Shown here piece after piece: positions 59,882-64,000 of a stretch of DNA of 64,000 bases. This DNA comes from Candidatus Bathyarchaeota archaeon (GTDB taxonomy: Archaea > Thermoproteota > Bathyarchaeia > Bathyarchaeales > Bathycorpusculaceae), in assembly GCA_963828195.1 (NCBI GenBank), contig CAWHDT010000003.1, positions 1 to 64,000 of the forward strand, written 5' to 3'. The position numbers and the translations under genes are program-made. The notes beneath the pieces are model-generated. The model ran no database searches. It had not been told where the DNA came from and worked only from the letters and a program-made list of their open reading frames with translations. Every line of letters begins with the position of its first letter. Positions within the stretch are counted from its first letter, which is position 1.

Positions 59882-60985
59882 TCAGCTCGCTTGGAAAAAA
59901 CTTGTTAGCTGTTTCTGCAGCCGCTCTTCTCTGCTGAAGCCTGAGACTTTCACGCCTACCCTTCGCACTTCAAGCGGGGTTTCGCTTAGATACTTATCCA
60001 ATAGCTCTTTGACGTTTCTTTTGATAGTTTCAGCGTCTTTTGCGGGTTGATCAAGCGTTACTGACCTGCTTTTGCAGCTTAAATCAGTTAAAACCACGTA
60101 GATCGCAACTTGCTTAAAATACAAATTCTTCTCCGCTACCTCTTTTGAAACGTCATCAGTTAACTCGTCAGTTTTCTGCAAAATAAACGCTAAATCGCGT
60201 GAATCCTGCTTCAAAGTGCCGATTCGGCTGATAGATTCAGCTTCACCCTGCTCCTGGACGGGTTCGTTGTCTACGCCGTTGGCCGCATTGTGAAAGTAAA
60301 CACCGAGAATCTTGCCCCAAATAGCTGTCAGCTTCTGCACGTCGTAAACTGCCAGGTCGCCTATCGTTTTTATGCCAAGCGAATCCATCTTTGCCGAAGT
60401 TTTTTTTCCCACGCCTAAGAGCCGCTCGACAGGCATCGGCGCAAGAAAAGATTTAGCTTCGCCAGGTTTAACCACTGTTAAGCCGTCGGGTTTTTGGCTG
60501 TCACAAGCAATTTTAGCCACAAGCTTGTTGGGTCCAACCCCAACGGTAAAGGAAATGCCGACTTGACCCTTAACTTCTGTTTTTATTTTTTGAGCGTAAT
60601 CTTTGGCTTTCTCGAAGCTGCCTTGAACTTGCTCGGTCACTTCCAAGTAGGCTTCGTCAACGCTGACTTGCTCAAGGCTAGTTGCGTAGCCGCGGAGAAT
60701 CTGCATTATTCTGTCGCTTATTTGGTCATAGTACTGGTGGTCAACGGGCAGGAAAACTGCGTCTGTGCCTTCGAGTTTGCGTTTGGCAAGGAACAGGGGC
60801 ATGCCTGATTTCACCGTGTATTTTCGGGCTATGTAGTTGCTGGTGCTTACGGCGCCGCTTTCTTCTGTGCGCCCCGAATAGACGCCAACGACAACTGGCT
60901 TGTCTTTCAAGGCTGGATTGCGGAGCTCCTCGCATTGCGCAAAGAAATAGTCAAAATCAACCAACATGACAACTCGACTCTGCAC
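59882..60985 (-). CDS. dinB: Y-family DNA polymerase IV (DinB/Dpo4)
   Basis: VDFDYFFAQCE, SNYIAR, SVDEAYL, KPDG, GVGKKT and VRRVGV motifs. Probable GTG start at 60985. Confidence 0.93.
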   Translation of the reverse strand: MQSRVVMLVDFDYFFAQCEELRNPALKDKPVVVGVYSGRTEESGAVSTSNYIARKYTVKSGMPLFLAKRKLEGTDAVFLPVDHQYYDQISDRIMQILRGYATSLEQVSVDEAYLEVTEQVQGSFEKAKDYAQKIKTEVKGQVGISFTVGVGPNKLVAKIACDSQKPDGLTVVKPGEAKSFLAPMPVERLLGVGKKTSAKMDSLGIKTIGDLAVYDVQKLTAIWGKILGVYFHNAANGVDNEPVQEQGEAESISRIGTLKQDSRDLAFILQKTDELTDDVSKEVAEKNLYFKQVAIYVVLTDLSCKSRSVTLDQPAKDAETIKRNVKELLDKYLSETPLEVRRVGVKVSGFSREERLQKQLTSFFQAS

Positions 60986-60986
60986 G

Positions 60987-61865
60987 CTACTTTTCCTCCT
61001 TAACTTTAGGCATAAGCCAAGAGCCGTCACAGGGCGCCGTGTTCAACTCGGGTAAGCCTTCCCTGCAAACACCAAACTTCATGTGATTCGCGTCCGCTAG
61101 CTCACGAACACTTTTGAGAATCTTAAACCTGACCTCTTTTGGAAGAAGAGCGCTTCCCCCGATTTTTTCGCCCTGCTGAAAATAGAGCGGCTTCAGTTTC
61201 TCTGCTACGTCGGGTAGAGCTTGGCTGAGCCTCATCCAATTATCTGGTTTTGCCTTGTAGGTTGAGCATGTCAAATGTTTAACGCCGATTGCAGCTAAGT
61301 CTCGGATGAGTTTTTGCTGTTGGTCATTTACGAAGGGTATGATGGGGTCTATCCTTACTGAGACAGGTATACCTGCCTTGATTAAGTCTTGTGCCGCTCT
61401 GAACCGTTGAGACGGCAAAGGCGCATTTGGCTCAATAAGTTTTGCCAAACCATCATCGTCTGTAGTTATAGTTAACGCCACAGTTGACGGAACTTTGCAG
61501 AGCAAGTCATCGTCTCTAACTACAAGGTTGCTTTTCGTGATGATTTGTATTTTGCAGTTGCTCTCAGCAAGGACTTCGAGGCATCGCCTTGTCATGCCTT
61601 CAGTTGCTTCCACATGTGGATAAGGGTCGGATGAATTAGCTATTGAAATGGTTTCTCCGTTGAGCTTTGAGGCTTCCCGCTTCAAAGTCACAAGCTGGTC
61701 TTTTTTGGGGCGGCAATCCTTGAAATTGGGGATGTAGCTGGAGGCGTAGCAGTAAACGCATTGGTGGTCACATCCAGTGTAGGGGTTAAACGTTAGCTTG
61801 GACGGACAAGTGCACAGGCCAGAGCGCCATGGATCAAACTTCGAAATTAACGGCACACATTTCAC
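60987..61865 (-). CDS. Radical SAM protein, spore-photoproduct-lyase-like family
   Basis: NPYTGCDHQCVYCYA, SDPY, TK, EPNAP and RIDPIIP motifs. Confidence 0.8.
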   Translation of the reverse strand: MKCVPLISKFDPWRSGLCTCPSKLTFNPYTGCDHQCVYCYASSYIPNFKDCRPKKDQLVTLKREASKLNGETISIANSSDPYPHVEATEGMTRRCLEVLAESNCKIQIITKSNLVVRDDDLLCKVPSTVALTITTDDDGLAKLIEPNAPLPSQRFRAAQDLIKAGIPVSVRIDPIIPFVNDQQQKLIRDLAAIGVKHLTCSTYKAKPDNWMRLSQALPDVAEKLKPLYFQQGEKIGGSALLPKEVRFKILKSVRELADANHMKFGVCREGLPELNTAPCDGSWLMPKVKEEK

Positions 61866-61944
61866 TTACGGCTATTTATGAAGGGTTAGATAGACAAAAA
61901 GTATTCGCAGCAAAAAAGCAGTTTACATGATTAAATGGAAATCA

Positions 61945-62646
61945 CTAGGCAGTCATCAGGAAATCCATTAGGTTCTTCTCTGCTCTTCTTAGATGTTCGC
62001 CAACGTTTCCTTTCTCCATCTTCAAACGTTTGGCAAGCTGTTCAGTGCTGATTTTTCGTGGGATGCTGTAGTACCCTTCAACATAGGCGAGTCTTAGAAT
62101 CCGCATCTGCTGTGGCGTCAGGCGGTCAAATGGGGAATCATGGCTCTTTTTGAATCCCGAAATCTTGGTGACGGTGTATCGCAAGCTTACATTGCTGAGA
62201 GTTTTTTCGAACACTTTTATCCATTCAGGTTCGCCTACGAGAACGCAGCGTAGTCGATTGCCGATAATTTCTGGTGACCTAAGGAAACATGTCTCATTTT
62301 GATAAAATGCCATTAGCTTGCGAAATTCGTTTTCTTGAGTAAGATAGCCTTTTTCGTCATTCCACAAGTATTCATGGGTATTCGCGTGAACCCAGTTGCC
62401 GCTTACAAGTATGATGCCCTGGCCTTCATGCGAAACTTTGACTGTGCCTTTCTGCACCTGCGGGTAATGTTTTCTAAGAAACTTTATCGTGTCTTTTACT
62501 TGATTTTCTTGAACGCGACAGGTAAACAGAAAACCCTTAAAGTTTAGGCGCAAAAATCTAACTGAGGAAGTTATGTTGAGCAGCTTTTCGGGGACGAGGC
62601 CGGGCGGCATGGTGTCGAGGGGAAATTCAACCGTTATTTGTCTCAT
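61945..62646 (-). CDS. HTH_10 (bacterio-opsin activator-type) regulator
   Basis: LTPQQ..L.LAY..GYY.IPRKIS..LA..L...EHLRRAE. Confidence 0.85.
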   Translation of the reverse strand: MRQITVEFPLDTMPPGLVPEKLLNITSSVRFLRLNFKGFLFTCRVQENQVKDTIKFLRKHYPQVQKGTVKVSHEGQGIILVSGNWVHANTHEYLWNDEKGYLTQENEFRKLMAFYQNETCFLRSPEIIGNRLRCVLVGEPEWIKVFEKTLSNVSLRYTVTKISGFKKSHDSPFDRLTPQQMRILRLAYVEGYYSIPRKISTEQLAKRLKMEKGNVGEHLRRAEKNLMDFLMTA

Positions 62647-62744
62647 GAAATATCAACTGGGGACTAAACGTATAGCTTGGAATAGACCACCTGTGCGGAT
62701 ATAACTTTTTTGCTTATCCCGCCACCAGTGCTCTAAGAACAAGA

Positions 62745-63809
62745 ATGATAGACAACAATCCCATCACTAAGAAACAAGCCGCCTTAACAGTGGACGCTCC
62801 AAACGAAAATACATCTGCAAAACCAATCATAAACGTCCTAAATCTATCAAAGATATACCCGCCCCAAATAAAAGCCGTCAACAACATCTCCTTCCAAGTC
62901 AACGAGGGCGAAATCTTCGGGTTTCTTGGTCCAAACGGCGCTGGCAAGACTACAACAATCAGTATGTTGACCACTCTTCTAAGACCCACCTCGGGAACTG
63001 CAGAAGTGGCAGGATACGATATAACGAAAAATCCGTCGAAGGTAAGAAGGGCGATAGGTGTTGTTCAGCAAGATAATACCACAGACAGACACATGACTGG
63101 TCAAGAAAACTTGATTTTTACTGCTCGCCTTCAAGGTGTCCCCATTCGCTTAGCCGAAAAAAGGGCAGCGGAACTTCTCGATCTTGTTGAGCTATCTGAC
63201 GCCGCACAAAGAAAGGTGGAAACCTATTCCGGTGGCATGAGGAGAAGACTTGAAGTAGCATGTGGATTGATGAATATGCCAAAAGTCCTTTTCCTTGATG
63301 AGCCAACACTTGGGCTGGATGTGCAAACTAGAACTGCAATTTGGCAGTACATCCTAAAACTAAAACAGGAGCGTTCGATGACCATTTTTTTGACCACCCA
63401 CTACATGGAGGAGGCAGATAGCTTATGCAGCAGAATTGCGATTATCGACCATGGGCAAATTATCACTTACGGTTCTTCCGTGGAACTAAAGTCGAAACTT
63501 GGCGGCGACACGATTGAACTTGGCGTTAAAGGGGCAGAAAATGATCTCTCCCAATTAATCAGCGGTCTTCCAATGGTAAAGAAAGTCGCTAAAGAAGGCT
63601 TTGTTTACCGAATAAAGGCGGATAACGGTGAAGAAGTTGCTCTTGCCGTACTTGAAGCTGTCAAGTCACAGGGATACTATGTTAACAAGATTCTTGTCAA
63701 CAAACCGTCTCTTAGCGAGGTATATTTGGAACTGACTGGGCGCGCTTTCAGAGAAGATGAGCCTGGAAAAGAGTCGCGGCATTTCTTTGGCAGAAACCTT
63801 TCACTTTAA
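62745..63809 (+). CDS. ABC exporter ATP-binding subunit (DrrA-like)
   Basis: GPNGAGKTT, YSGGMRRRL, LDEPT and TTHYMEEA motifs. Confidence 0.92.
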   Translation: MIDNNPITKKQAALTVDAPNENTSAKPIINVLNLSKIYPPQIKAVNNISFQVNEGEIFGFLGPNGAGKTTTISMLTTLLRPTSGTAEVAGYDITKNPSKVRRAIGVVQQDNTTDRHMTGQENLIFTARLQGVPIRLAEKRAAELLDLVELSDAAQRKVETYSGGMRRRLEVACGLMNMPKVLFLDEPTLGLDVQTRTAIWQYILKLKQERSMTIFLTTHYMEEADSLCSRIAIIDHGQIITYGSSVELKSKLGGDTIELGVKGAENDLSQLISGLPMVKKVAKEGFVYRIKADNGEEVALAVLEAVKSQGYYVNKILVNKPSLSEVYLELTGRAFREDEPGKESRHFFGRNLSL

Positions 63810-63831
63810 CAAATAATGGTTGGGATTTAAA

Positions 63832-64000
63832 ATGGCTGAAGCAGGCAACAATTTTTTTCAAGGGTTCGGCGCTCTTGTTTCAAGACAGATTAAAGATTGG
63901 TACAAAAGCACAACTTTGTTTGCTCTTTCTTTAGTTCAACCAGTGATCTGGATTGTGCTTTATGGTGAATCCTTTCCTAAGGTGGCGTTGCCTGGAATTT
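63832..64000 (+). CDS. ABC-2 permease, partial (runs off the window)
   Basis: MAEAGNNFFQGFGALVSRQIKDWY..SLVQPVIWIVLYG, directly after the ATPase gene. Confidence 0.75.
   Translation, partial: MAEAGNNFFQGFGALVSRQIKDWYKSTTLFALSLVQPVIWIVLYGESFPKVALPGI

Overview
Archaeal chromosomal window. The archaeal call rests on uS10, Mre11/Rad50, an AsnRS-like AsnA, geranylgeranyl reductase and TATA-type promoters. The large PQQ-like beta-propeller surface proteins and VPEF C-terminal anchors suggest Bathyarchaeia, but that assignment is inference. Most of the window is housekeeping and metabolism: GTP-PEPCK, KorAB, nrdR-nrdD-nrdG, DinB, four type II TA pairs and an ABC exporter cut off at the right edge. 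Two accessory regions stand out. (1) 36.5-42.4 kb: a tRNA-Ser(GCT) gene on the minus strand is followed by four co-oriented partial copies of its own 3' end. Three of these are fused to a shared non-tRNA motif, and that motif recurs inverted about 90-110 bp from the neighbouring site. The sites delimit small integrase-less cargo modules of 1-3 genes, i.e. a candidate tRNA-anchored cassette-accretion array. (2) 12.4-21.7 kb: a surface-protein hotspot with two convergent PQQ-like paralogs that share a promoter and 5'-leader hairpin. One paralog lies between ~90-bp direct repeats inside a ~3.9-kb segment that appears to split a VPEF-anchored gene. Other notable items are phased NrdR-like boxes around an archaeal TATA box, an HPPD/HglS-like VOC protein paired with an FAD hydroxyacid dehydrogenase, and a tandem-fused bacterioferritin-like protein. 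All annotations come from reading the sequence by eye; no searches were run.
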